A DNA stretch of 64,000 nt from Lepidodermella squamata (lineage: Eukaryota; Animalia; Gastrotricha), in assembly GCA_047495785.1 (NCBI GenBank), contig JBLDXI010000010.1:496001-560000 (forward strand). The letters are read 5' to 3'. This document shows positions 1 through 12,982 of this stretch, piece after piece. The translations under genes and the position numbers were made by a program. The notes beneath the pieces were generated by a model. That model did no database searches. It saw only the letters and a program-made list of their open reading frames with translations, and was not told the origin of the DNA. Position 1 is the stretch's first letter; every line of letters starts with the position of its first letter.

Positions 1-781
1 GCTTCACGGTGTTGTTCACAAGATGCGTTTTTGCGTCGAGAAACAGTCGTCACAAGTCAGCAAAGAAAACATAAACACACGTACCACAAAACGTAGCTCG
101 AAGCTTGCCTTATGCCTTATGCCTTTGCTTGAAACTAAGCCCCACCTCTTACATGCACGGTCAAAATCTCGTCGGCGGGCTTAGAAATGGAAAAAAGTGG
201 CATCGCGATTTTTTTACTACAATTTGCTTTTCAAATATAATAAATGCTTTTTTGTATCAATCAAACAATTTATAAAACATAAATGGGTTCCTAGACCGCT
301 ATATTTAATTTCTTTAAATATGTTTTGCGATTTACAGAGGGCATCATTGCGAGTTGAGTCAGCGTTTAAGGGGCTCCGAACCAGAATCGATGCACGAATC
401 CTTCAGTCACTTCGTTTTAACTTCACAACTCACCGCACTGAAAAGTGTTGGAGAAGACACTCGTAGCAGCTGGTAGCTAGATAGACTTTTAGGACTTACA
501 ACTGTTGTTAGCAACAAGCAGAATCGCCCTGAAACAATATAGGAATTAACTGCATCAAACATTGCAGCATGATTTGCTCCGATTGTGAAACGTAGAACTT
601 GAAACCTTGGCGTTTTTATGCAATTAGTTAACTTTCAATGCAATATAGATAAGCCTAAAGCCTAATGCCATTATTGTTTGAATTTTGCTCTAGGGAAGTC
701 TATAATAGATAATAGGACTAGATTTGGACTAGTTCTATTGCTGCTTAATTTTTAAAGTAATTTGTAGTCTGATTCATCATA

Positions 782-2020
782 ATGGCATCTCTGGAGAACA
801 TGGTGAGCCGGTATAGCCGACAATTGTTACTCCCTGAAATCGACATTAATGGTCAGAAATCTATGGCCAGCTCTCGAGTGTTGATTGTCGGTTGCGGAGG
901 GCTCGGCTGTCCTTCTGCACTCTACCTATCTGGTGCTGGGATCGGTCATATCGGACTGTTAGACGGAGACGTTGTAGCTGTCGACAACTTGCATAGACAG
1001 ATTGCTTACAGAGAGGACAATGTGGGCAAGCAAAAGGCAGAAAGCTTGAAAGATGCTATCACACATTTGAATGCAACTGGCGGCCTCACTGTCACTACAC
1101 ACTTGACATTTTTAACGCCCCAAAATGCGGTAGATATTGTGAAAGACTACGACATTGTTCTTGACTGCACGGATAACGTAGCCACTCGTTACCTAATTAA
1201 CGACGCTTGTGTACTTGCGAACAAACCTCTTATTTCTGCAAGTGCTCTGCGTTGGGAGGGCCAATTGACCATATATGACTCGAGGCGCCGCAATGATGTT
1301 AGATCTGGACCCTGCTATCGTTGCTTGTTTCCGGAACCACCACCCGCTGCCGCTGTTGGATCTTGCTCAGCTAATGGCGTTGTAGGGCCGGTCGTTGGGA
1401 CCATGGGTACTTTACAAGCCCTAGAGACCATCAAGTTGATATCTGGCTTGCCGGAAGTTCTGATTGGCCGAATGCTGCTATTCGACGGTCTAACAATGAC
1501 TTTCCGCAATGTTAAACTACGTCAACCTAATCCAGAATGTGCTTTATGTGGTTTAAATCCAAGGATTAATTCTCTAACGGAGCTAAACGCCATTACTGCT
1601 GTTTATTTAAACCCTCCTGCGGCATGCGTTGTCCCTTTGAAACTTATCGACCCTTCTGATCGTTTGTCACCATCAGCTTTTGACGCTTTACGTAAATCGG
1701 CAGAACCATATCTGCTGATTGATGTGCGGCCACGTAATCACTTTGAAATTTTCCACATCGATGGCGCTGTAAGCATTCCACTCAGCGAGATGAATAATCG
1801 GTTCGAAGAGGTACTTGACTTGTGCAAGAAAACTTATACTGACTCATCCAAGGTGCGCGTCATCACTGTATGTCGGCGAGGAAATGATTCTCAACGTGCT
1901 GTGGTAGCGTTGAGGGAAGGTTTGGCCAAGCATGGAGCAAAGGACGTCGTATTGAATGATATTGTGGGAGGTTGCACTGCCTGGAAAGAGCAAATCGACC
2001 CCAGCTTTGTTTTGCTCTAA
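782..2020 (+). CDS. MOCS3: Adenylyltransferase/sulfurtransferase MOCS3 (Uba4/MoeB-rhodanese fusion), intronless
   Basis: RYSRQLLL, GCGGLG nucleotide-binding motif, NLHRQ, DCTDN, CYRC and CALC Zn pairs, and a C-terminal rhodanese domain with the CRRGNDSQ active-site loop. Confidence 0.96.
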   Translation: MASLENMVSRYSRQLLLPEIDINGQKSMASSRVLIVGCGGLGCPSALYLSGAGIGHIGLLDGDVVAVDNLHRQIAYREDNVGKQKAESLKDAITHLNATGGLTVTTHLTFLTPQNAVDIVKDYDIVLDCTDNVATRYLINDACVLANKPLISASALRWEGQLTIYDSRRRNDVRSGPCYRCLFPEPPPAAAVGSCSANGVVGPVVGTMGTLQALETIKLISGLPEVLIGRMLLFDGLTMTFRNVKLRQPNPECALCGLNPRINSLTELNAITAVYLNPPAACVVPLKLIDPSDRLSPSAFDALRKSAEPYLLIDVRPRNHFEIFHIDGAVSIPLSEMNNRFEEVLDLCKKTYTDSSKVRVITVCRRGNDSQRAVVALREGLAKHGAKDVVLNDIVGGCTAWKEQIDPSFVLL

Positions 2021-2087
2021 TAGCTTTGTTGTCTAGTCAATTAAATTTTATGCCTGTTATTTGTTTCACGATTAGATTTTTAAAATA

Positions 2088-3279
2088 ATGGACGAAACTG
2101 ATATTTTTGACGTTATATTCTTCGAAACTCAAGATGGGCAATTATGCGCTCAGCACTGTTTGAACAACATGATCCAATCCCAAATGTTTTCGGCACTGGA
2201 CCTTGCCGAAATCGCTCGCGGTCTCGATGAGAGTGAGCAAGGTTTAATGAATCCAGGTGCTGCAGCTCGCGAATCAGCAAATTACGATGATAGTGGGTAA
2301 GTTTTGGATAATAAGGCCTAAATCTCCGTATAAAATCGAATTTTCTAGGTTCTTTTCCGTTCAAGTCATCTCGAAAGCGCTTGAATGTTTGGCCCTATCA
2401 ATGACTGCGTGGGGCAGTCAGCAGCGTGAAGCTGTTGAAGCAAGGACGAATCCGACAACTGGAGCCCGGGCTTATATCTGCAATCTTCGCCAACATTGGT
2501 TCACAATTCGCCGATTCGGCCCGCATTGGTTCGATTTAAATTCGCTCTACCCTCGCCCGGTTTTCATTACCAACACATATTTATCGATTTTACTCGCTCA
2601 ACTTCAATCTGACGGTTATTCAATCTTCGTCATCATCGGCGATCTTCCACCCTCGCCTGCCGATGAATATTTTACGGCGAATGCGTTTGATGTCGATGTC
2701 TTGCAAAATATATTCCCCCGGCCTAATCCAAACGCGTCGAAAAACGCGACTTCAAGTCAAGGCCAACAGGAAGTGATAGATTTAGACGACGATCAGGAAT
2801 TAAAACGCGCCATTGAAATGAGCCGGCAGGTTGACGAGGAGGACGACCCATCTCTGCGCCAAATTCTTGAATTGAGCCGGCAACAAGAGGAAGAAGACGA
2901 GTTGCGTCGAGCCCTGGAGCTCAGTAAACAATCCACCGGCCCATCGCTGGTTAAAACCGCGTCTGTAGACGATGATTCTCAGTTGAGAAAAGCCATGGAA
3001 ATGAGTAGGCAACAAGCGCTGATGGACATGCCGTCGACCAGCGCAGGGCCTCGTCTTCCGTCGAGCGGGAAAGGTGCTGTCCCAACTAGTCTCTCCGCAG
3101 CGTTTTCCGCTTCATCTCCGCAAAATGTCTCGTCTTCGAGTAATAATAACAACAATAACAGCGAAATTGTAACCGGGACGTGCAAAGTCGAGGCGCTAGC
3201 TACAGGTGCTGCTTCGAACGATTTAGACGCGGCGACTTTACGCATGAAACGCCTCGAGTTTCTTAACAAAAAAGCTTGA
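2088..3279 (+). CDS. ATXN3: Ataxin-3 deubiquitinase (Josephin domain, UIMs, VCP-binding motif). Exons 2088-2296 and 2349-3279
   Basis: LCAQHCLN (catalytic Cys), HWFTIRR (His) and WFDLNS (Asn). Removing the GT-AG intron 2297-2348 restores DDSG|FFSVQVI. Four L-x-x-A/I-x-E-x-S UIM-like repeats and a terminal LRMKRLEFL motif follow. Confidence 0.95.
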
Positions 3280-3618
3280 AAAATCACTACAAACTTTCTA
3301 ATCAGCCACACGTACATCATACATTCTAGCTATAGCCACTTTGGTTCATCTCAATAATAACATGGGTTTTGTTTTGATAGCCTCGTTGCGAGAACGAGAT
3401 GAAATATATTGGTTTTCACTCGATAATTTTGCGGCCAACATTTTGCTTCTTTTATTTGCTTTTTTTCTATTCGCGACGTGTCACAATTCAACAATTGTTA
3501 AAATTATTCTTGATCTTGTGCGATGTATTCAAGACGATGATGAAGTAAAAAAAAATATGATGAACAATTTACGTTTTTTTTTCGCCTGTTTTTTAGTTGG
3601 TATTTTTTGCTGAAAAAA

Positions 3619-4464
3619 ATGCTTCGAAGTTTGGTTGGTTCTTTGCAGAGACCTGGGTGGTTTGCTTCGCGGCTTCTATCTAGCCAATCTGCTGTTACCC
3701 CGTCTTCATCATCTACCCCGGTTTTCAATTCTTCAGTTGGGAAATTGTATGAGGAAGCCAGCGAACCGGACTCGCTGATTCGCCGGCTTGAGGTCGAAGT
3801 TCGCGGTCACGATACGGCAGTTTTGAATAGCTACGAGAAGTTTCTTCGAATTGTTTGCGAAGAACTGGGCTTGAACCTTGTTAATGTGTAAGTAGCACAC
3901 TGAGACCATAAAATATTGAGGAATTAATTGGAGATGTTATGCTAACAATTTTTTTGAATTTTGGAAATTTATTACTAATTTTATATTTTTTTAGAAATAA
4001 GGATCAGGAGGGAAAACGCTGAAATTTTAGAATTTCAATATTTAAATTTTTTCGAAATATTTTCAATACTAAAATTAAGGTTCTAGCTCTAGATTTATCT
4101 AAATTTTGCGAGTAAAATTTTTTGAAATTTGAATTTTTTATTTAGCTTGTCTCCTCCAACTGCTCATGAGCGACGAACGGTGCTGAAATCGATTCACGTG
4201 CACAAAATTCACCGAGTTCAGTACGAAATGCGGACGCACTTTCGCGTGTTCCAGCTGAAGCATTTGACCGGCTCGACGGCCGATACGTTTCTCGAGTACA
4301 TTCAACGCAATCTGCCCGAGGGCATGGCTATGAAAGTTACGAAATCACGCGTCGAAAGCCTGCCCGGCCACATTAAACCACCGGCTAATGCCGTGAAGAC
4401 GAAAGAGCCAGACTACGAAGCCGACCAAAACGAACACTACCCACCAGCTGATGTGCCAAAATAA
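3619..4464 (+). CDS. MRPS10: Mitochondrial ribosomal protein S10. Exons 3619-3887 and 4146-4464
   Basis: Presequence-like N-terminus, [33 protein letters not shown] and [19 protein letters not shown]. The 258-nt intron 3888-4145 keeps the frame. Confidence 0.95.
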
Positions 4465-4510
4465 ATTCTAGTGAACATTAATTTTTCGAAAATTTTCTAG
4501 AATTTAATGA

Positions 4511-4968
<458 letters not shown>

Positions 4969-5009
4969 AAAAATCCACCTTAATTTTTATAGTTTTTTTT
5001 TAATTTAAA

Positions 5010-5993
5010 ATGGCTGATTCTGATTTGCTGTCCGGCTACTCGCGTTCAGTCGCGCTGGACGATTTCGACGATGCGAGTGATGAATCAGAGGCGGAATTGG
5101 GCGTGGAATCTGAATCGAAAGACCGGCAATTACAACCGCCTGTTCTGCCGGCTTACATTTCATGGCATCCTATGATCGCCGAGCATTTGCTAAAAAGCAA
5201 CGGCGCCCGGTTAGACATGCGTTTTCTCATCATTGCAGTCGGCCAAAAAGCGTCCGATGTCCTCGAGGCGGTAATTGACGTCGACAAATTGGACATTAAT
5301 GGCTCGTTGTTCATGCCGAACAGCAGTCACGCGACGCGGGCTGATCAAGTTTCGATGAAAATCGCCCGAGAAACGCCGCAATGGGCCACCCTACAACCGC
5401 CGCATTCGTCGAATGAGACAAATTTCATTTATACAACAGTTGACATGGTAGCGGCGTGTGGTTTGTTCCACACGGCTGGGCAGGATAGCAAGCGCCGCGG
5501 TGCGGCTGTTGATTCGTACCCGATTGGCTCGGCCGTTGCTAAGCAACTTATCGACGGGTCGTTTAACACGAATCGCCTGCAACAGGTGGTTGTTTTCGAG
5601 GTCCTACCCGCTGATCGTTATATTGGCGACCGGCCGGCCTCGGACCTCCTATCCGCCCCAGTTGTCCGCTGCCTGAGGACGTCGGCCTACGACGGCCCGG
5701 ATATGACGCCGATTCGTGATTTGGAGCCGCCGAATTTGGTCTCTGGCCTATCGGCGGATTTGTTGTGCCGTTGCGAGTTGGTTCGCCAGTCCGCCCTGAT
5801 GTTGACGTGTTACTCGGACGCGAATGTCAACGAGGTGTTGCATGCGGTTTATGAACCGTTGTTCCGCGCCCTATCGAAGACGATTCACTTTTCGCTACGC
5901 TTCAAGGACGAATCGGTGGCGCATTTGAAGCGAGTCAGCGAGCGATCGCGCCGAAATCGCGATTTGGACGACCTGGCTGGGTTGTACATTTGA
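5010..5993 (+). CDS. PSMG1: Proteasome assembly chaperone 1 (PAC1), intronless
   Basis: Acidic N-terminus after SR, LEPPNLVSGLSADLLCRCE...MLTCYSD resembling the PAC1 C-terminal region, and a terminal HbYX motif (LYI). Confidence 0.8.
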   Translation: MADSDLLSGYSRSVALDDFDDASDESEAELGVESESKDRQLQPPVLPAYISWHPMIAEHLLKSNGARLDMRFLIIAVGQKASDVLEAVIDVDKLDINGSLFMPNSSHATRADQVSMKIARETPQWATLQPPHSSNETNFIYTTVDMVAACGLFHTAGQDSKRRGAAVDSYPIGSAVAKQLIDGSFNTNRLQQVVVFEVLPADRYIGDRPASDLLSAPVVRCLRTSAYDGPDMTPIRDLEPPNLVSGLSADLLCRCELVRQSALMLTCYSDANVNEVLHAVYEPLFRALSKTIHFSLRFKDESVAHLKRVSERSRRNRDLDDLAGLYI

Positions 5994-8900
5994 AACAGAA
6001 ATTGGAATGCGGAATTCATGTCTGAAATTAGGCTGGAAAGCTCAAAATTTAACTTCGAAAAAAACCTTAGCCTTGTGACTTGTGATGCTTGTGATGTTGG
6101 AATGTGGGAGAAACAAGATTCTTGGAAAAGCTACATTTTTTTAATTTTCAAGTTCAAAATGAAATGAAAATAAAATATGCAAAATAATTGAAATTCGAAT
6201 AATAAAATATAGATTTCTCGAATATTTTCTAATATGCATGTAATAAAATGCTCAAAATGTGGGTTTTTTATTATGGATTTGAAAAAAAATTTGAAATTTT
6301 CAATTTTTTTAAGGTGGCCATTTTTGAGAGTTCGCGGATTTTAGCGAATTAAATTCCAAATTTATACCGAAATGTTGGCTGCGATCGGTTGCATTTCTAT
6401 CAGCCACTCGATTTTCCAATTGAAAGATTGGTATTAGGATTACCTGGAAAAAAGTTTGCAAAATTATTCCATGTGAATTTTATGATATAAATCTATATTC
6501 TTGAAAAATTATTCCATTCCATGTGGAATATTTTCCCAATGGATTTTTCCCATTTTTGCCTTCGTGCCAATTTAAATAGAAATGAATAATTTCAAAAATT
6601 TCTTCAGTTCTATTTTTAGCTATTTTCCGTGGTCTTGTTTCTCCTTCATCACCCGACAAAATATTATATATTTGCGTTTCGAGTGGAAAAATAAAGCAAA
6701 CAAAACATGTCATTTTTACGGCGACATTTTCGTTACATTTCTTCACGATGTGTTTTTTTTATTCACCGTCTCGACAGTGATGAGTTGCTGCGACAAAGAG
6801 CGGAATAGAGTGGAAGTAGGTCTCTTTTTCAGCCTCGGCACGCGCCTTGTTGAGGCGTGTATTTTGCGTGCCGCTGTGTCATCGAGCTATTACTTGGCCG
6901 CGTGGGGCTCTCTAACAAACGAGCATGCTGACAACAACAACAATATCATCATACCTTCATCGTACACGCATAGCAGCAGTAGGTTAGGGTATTTTATGGC
7001 GCAGCGAACACATTAAGGCGGACGCGCGTTATGATACAAGGAGGTGGTGGTATAATAATAATTGTATCACGTGCGAATTCGCCGTAATAATAATAATCAA
7101 GCTGGTAGCCGACAGTACACAAGATGAAGATGACGATGATGATGGTGACTCAGCCGCCCGAATGAATGGCCGGTATAGCTGCACTCCACCCTCTTCAGAA
7201 CTTTTTAGTCGAGAATATCGCCTTCATTAGCTTGGCGTTCGTTTAGCTTGAAGAGATATTTAGCGCCACGAGTGAGCGCGCAGGTTGTAGATGCGCGCCA
7301 CCGCCGGTGCGCGCGCGCGCGACATCTTGGCGCGCAAAATAATGGGCACATTAAATAGACATGACGCGAGGTATTTCGGCGGAAAATATGCGCGTGCGCG
7401 CGACATTATATCGCAATGAAAATATTATTATTATACCGCTTAATATGGCTAACAATAATAATTTTTATACCTGCGGTAAAGCGGGTTAACATGAAACACG
7501 TGCCGTCGCCCGCCACATCGCTTTTGACTTGGCATAAGCTACTGGGCCTAATATAGGTACTTAGCTAACTATTAAAGCCCTGTCGTCTCGTTCGAGTTCA
7601 CGCTTCGCCAGTAATAGACGTGGTTAAGCGGGAGAAGAAAACGTCGTCGGCTGGAATAATCTTGTGAATGAATAACGCGCTTTATAATATGAGCTCATTA
7701 CTCTAATCCTACGCTAAACAACAATAATTACTTATCTCTGAAAATTCCACATCTTTAGAATTAAGTGGCTGATTTTGCACGTTTTTTTTCGGTTCAATTC
7801 TTTTTAGGGTATTTTTCTGATATTTTTTTCGGAGGGCTTTTATTGCCACTCAATTACGCCAGAAAATTTCTATTATTTATTATCTCAACTTTCATCGCAG
7901 ATTTTACTGTCGAAATAACAAACAACACGGCGGAAAAACACGGCCAATTTCATTTTATCCGAGGTTCGATAAGATTTTGTAATCAAACCCACGCTATTTA
8001 TAGTGCGTGTTTCGAATCTCCCTACCGAACAATAATACCGCGATATAAAATAGCCACCCTGCTGTTGCACTGTTCAGCCCGGCCCATCAGGGTGCGTTTC
8101 GCTTTGTTGTGTTTTATCTATCTGACCGGAATTTTTCGCGGTATATAAAAACGCGTGTATAAATTGCGCCGAGATCTATAATCCTGTGGAACCCAGCGTG
8201 TGTGCGGTTGCATTTAGTGTTTTCTGTTTTAGCGTTATTTTATTGGCCATCATCATCATTATCAGTGTGTGTATATATGTAAGCATATATGAAAGCTTCG
8301 TCCTGATATCGCGTGCAAGCCTGCTGCGATTGATCAATCAACTCAGGTGAGCGCATTCCTATATATCCACCTCAGCATTGTTCGCGATTATAAATGATTA
8401 AGGTTAGGGCGACCCTCCTTCACGGACCATGGAAAATTACCTGATGGGGCCTTAATAAATAATGGGTTAATAATTTACATTACCCGGTATAAGGTTTTAT
8501 CTTTATTAGCCACAATAACAATTTCATTGTTGCGATCACGCGCGCTCTCTCACAAATTAAAACATTATCGCGCTCGCCCGCCCACTCATTCGTTTTCACG
8601 CTGGTACCAATTATTGCGTATGTTACGCCCGCGATGAAAAATAACCGGAGATTTTCAGCAGTAAATAAAAACGTCTTATCGTTTTGTTTATTTTTCCATA
8701 CGGGTATAGCCGGCGGTAAGTATATAATAAACTAGCGGCGATGACTTTACTCGGCTTTCCTCTCTCTCAGGCTACTCAAACATCGACGACGCGCGATATA
8801 TACTGAGACAAAGGCGCCGCCTTAGTATCTTTTGTGCCCGCACACCTTCATATGGTATAAAACCACATAGCCAGCGTCTGGAAACATGTGTACACCTGAG

Positions 8901-9685
8901 TGCCGATCGTGTTTGCGCGCGCGGACACGCATGCGGACTATGTGTCTGTTTTTAAGGTGGCGACGACGTAGCGATGCGCGCTATGATACAGGGCAATTAT
9001 ATGCACCGTTGAGGTATTTCATCATCCATCTTTCAGCTTTCAGCCGGATCACAAGCACGCCCGTGAAAACGTGCGGCGTTTCCGCTGTTCGTCTTTTCGA
9101 CGGCAAACACACACAGCGTTTCACGCCGCAGATGAGGTATGCCGTTTATAGATGTTTACTGGGGGTCTGGTGCCCGCGACTGCTCAACGTGCGAGACTTT
9201 GCTGCGTCTATATTTGGCGACGTATATACTGCGAATTTACTCACTACAGGCGATGCGTGCATTAATTATTGTCAAGTTTTAGCCGACCTCGGGCAGGGTG
9301 CAACGCACTTTCGGCTTAAGAGCTGCGCACACATCTCGCGCCCGCTGTCCACACCTTATATTCTAAATATATGCGCCAGCAATCTCATCCCGTTCATTGA
9401 GATGATACGGCGATGATACTCATCGCGATATCACAAGAGACCTACTCCGCGGCCTTCTCAAAGGTCGCGATTACTAACCGTGCGGAGAACACTTAAGCCC
9501 GCATGAATGCTAAGGAATTATGTGCCTATCAACTGCATCCTTATCCTATAACCATTTTCAGCCTAGAAAACATTTACTCTGCCTTGAAAGGCACGGTGAA
9601 AAGCTTACGGACTTGGAGGACATCTAGACCATTATTTTTCTCTAGATATCTTATATCACTAGAAATGACAATTTATTAGTCCGAG

Positions 9686-12142
9686 ATGCCCTCAGTGAAG
9701 ACGCCATCCTCAAGCTTACCGGCGTCGCCTCGCATCGCCTATAAACCTCTCGATCTCGACAAAGTATTTAACAATTTATCCAATCATCAGCAGCCGCAAC
9801 TCTCGCCAGGAAGTAGCATCGTTATCAATGGTTACTCGAACGGAAATGGGAAGTCGTCGAAAGATCTCAGCGGGGAGCTGGCTCAACTGCACAATCTCGG
9901 CGCGGAATTACGAGCCGGATTGATTAAGGCGGTCGAGGCACTTCGCATGGTTCAGAGCAACGATGAAACCATGCGCAGCCACATCGAATCCGCCAACGCT
10001 CAAACTCAACGAAGCATCTCTGAGCTAAGCAAGGTCATCACCGCAGTCCAGGACGATTCGAAACAGTTAAGGAGCAAGTACGAATCGCTGGAAAATTCCA
10101 ACAAGGAGATGCGTCAGAAAATTGCGGATCTAGAAAAACTTTGCCTATCAGTCAGTAGCTCTGGGGTCAGCCAGACCTCAGATCGATCTGGGACTAGTCC
10201 TGAAACTGTTTCTAACTCGCCACCGATACCTCAAAGTCAAGAACAGAACTGCGACAATGGAACGAAGCAACCTTTCTACCACACTTCTGCCATCAAATTC
10301 CGCCAGAACTTTCTCACATTTTTGACGGCGGAAGTCCATTTCTGCCGAACAATTGGTAAATTATGCCAGCAACAGCAGCAAGCGATGGCCGTCGTTCAAG
10401 CTAGGAGGAATATGACCATAGGCGCTGGTCCTTTATCGCCATCTCCCTCAGAAGCAGCCGCCTCCATTTTGCCGACTTCGTTATGGCAGGTTTACCGAGT
10501 CCATGCTGAGTTCTTAGCGCAGTTAGAGAGCCGCATGGCAAAATGGGGCCATTGGGGCTGCATTGGCGATGTTTTCCTCCGCCTTCTCGACAATAAGAAC
10601 TCGCATTTCGGCGACATCTACAAACTCTACGCCAATGAGTTGTTGTCAATCTTCGGACCTGGTGGATCGCCAGTTTGTGCTCCGTTACTGCTGCCTTTCC
10701 GTCGTTTAGCTGATTACGTCGGGTTTTTGGAATCAACCAGACAGGGTCTAGATGCAGACCATCCTGATCTTTACAACATTCTGAAATCCATCGAAAAACT
10801 GCGAGCTTTAATCACTCGATTGAACGAGCAGCAATTAAGGTTCCTCCTTGTTGCTGATAACGTCACTCCAGTCGGCAATGGGACTAATAACATGACCAGC
10901 AGTTGCATGCCGAAGGTTAACCCGAGCAGTACCATGCAAAGCAAACCTAGCCTCAAAGTCGCGAATGGCTGCGCAACAATCGCTCGAACTCGTTACACTC
11001 AAAACGGGAAGAATGTTCCGTTAAGTGCGGCTGATTTGAAGAAGGGGAAGAATGCGCCGATGAACAATCACATGCTAAAATCACGAAGTCACGGCGATTT
11101 GTACCTTGCAGCCCAGCAAATTACGGAGGAGCAAGTCTGTTACCCGCACAATGGTAATGACACGCGATTTCCTGGTACTTTGATCGCGTCTGATCCTGCG
11201 TCGGATGACGATGACGAATGTGAGGATACTTCCGATCTCCTATCGCCAGTCAACAACTACACAGATCTATTCGATGGGGATATTCAATTAACAACTCGCA
11301 GTCTGCCTAGGTTTCGCATCAATCAACAGCAAATGTTGATGAAACGTAACGCTGGTAGCCATCATCAAAACTTGAGTAGTGACGATGGTGAAGTTGTGCT
11401 GGATAACTGGACTTCACGGCCTCCTAACACTGGGACAACTTTCGCTACGACAACTACAACAGCAGCATCGAGGCCTTGCTCTGTTAGTACAACCTCAGCT
11501 GCGGCCGAAATGATGGCAGAACTGCAGGCTTTACCTCCAATGCCGCATAGATCTTGCGAAACTTCGAATCCTTCGAGACATATGCTTCCAAACCGCGAAA
11601 AAGTTTCTGTATTTGTCAACAGCAGCAGCGGAACTGCTTCTAGCGGATCCAGTGGATCAGGCGGATCTACGTCAGGGAAGGCACCTTATCAGCCACTTGA
11701 ATCCGTGAAGCAATCCCTTCTCAACCTATTCCAAGGCTATAAGAAAAAGTAGGCCCACGAAAGAATTGCTTGGAATTTTCTATTGTTTTATTTTAATTTC
11801 AGGAAACGTGGTGCCATGCGGGGAAATGGGTTGATGGCTCCTCTGGGTACGGCGAATACCCCTCAGATTAGAATAATCTCCCCGCCAAGTTTGGTGGATA
11901 AGCAAGGCAATCCTTATTCAGTTCTGACCAACAGCAACTTTCACGTGGAAATCAGAAGCCATGACACTTCAGGCCAACGTCGTGCCAACATTTCTATGGC
12001 GAACGCCTCAATTAACTGCAGCAACACCGGAACTAATGGAAGCACTAGCAGTGGAGCGAGCTCGGAAGCCTCCAACCATATGCCATCACCACCGTCTAGC
12101 CCATTGAATAGCACTGGGAAGTCACCTATTCTAGCTGCATAA
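9686..12142 (+). CDS. ARHGEF33: ARHGEF33-like RhoGEF (N-terminal coiled coil, divergent DH domain, low-complexity tail). Exons 9686-11748 and 11803-12142
   Basis: ELAQLHNLGAELRAGL...KEMRQKIADLEK matches the ARHGEF33 N-terminal coil as recalled. DH motifs include FLTAEVHF, VHAEFLAQLESR, IGDVFL, LLLPFRRLADY and HPD. Intron 11749-11802 is in frame. No PH domain is evident. Confidence 0.7.
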
Positions 12143-12982
12143 ATCCGATGTGTGCAAATTTAAAACGATAATCATTTGTATTGCATTCTTTTTCATCAAT
12201 TCATTTTTTGTTACGCCCTTTGATGAAAGCGCCGAGAGATTCTATTGCTGCCGCAAAATTTATATTCTATCCGAAAATCGGAGCTATTTGGAATTTTTAG
12301 AGCTCACTTCTTACTGTACCACTCGTGGAAAACAAAGAAAGTATACGCACAATTTTGTATTTATATGCTGAATAAATTAAGCGTTATATCATTGAAGTTG
12401 CCCAAAAAATCAGAAGCCGTAACAAGACTTGATAAAGTTTTTTACTTGGTACATATTCGCAGTAGAGCTTTGCCAAAAAGAGAACGCTGGACAACGTCTA
12501 GAGTAAACTGGCTCTTGAGGATTGAGGATGGCGTAGGCGAAAAAGGTTCGCATGTGAACTCTATGGTTTTAATTTCCATTGTGTTGCTGGCCGCTGGTGT
12601 AGTGCGCCTTTGTAAGGCACGGGTAGCCCACTCAGAGCACACGACATTTTACGTTAATCGCAAGCTGAGTTAAGGCTTCATCATGTTATGATACTTGATG
12701 TTTATAATAATAACAATGTTCACGAAGCAATTTTACATACGAAAACCGTCGTGAGCTTGTGTTAAGGGAAAAATTCTCCACACTATTGTTATCACGCGAG
12801 AAGTTTGAAATCTAACGACCAAAAACATCTCAGTGTTAGAGCCATTATTAACAATTAACAACTAATAGCTGGCACAGTTCGTTGGCTATATACTATTTAC
12901 GGAAAAACATTAGATAACTATTTCCAGTGTAGATCTCGTGAAGCGACTTTATTTCTAATGGTATGATTCAGCAATAGTCAAC

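Noticed and set aside
3535-3613. C/D-box snoRNA candidate (ATGATGA ... CTGA) in the longest operon gap
   Set aside because: The interior is low-complexity A/T, with no terminal stem or evident rRNA guide, and it overlaps the acceptor tract.
8886-9416. 176-aa ORF (also 6582-7016 and 7765-8148)
   Set aside because: No recognisable motifs, and the composition is typical of non-coding DNA.
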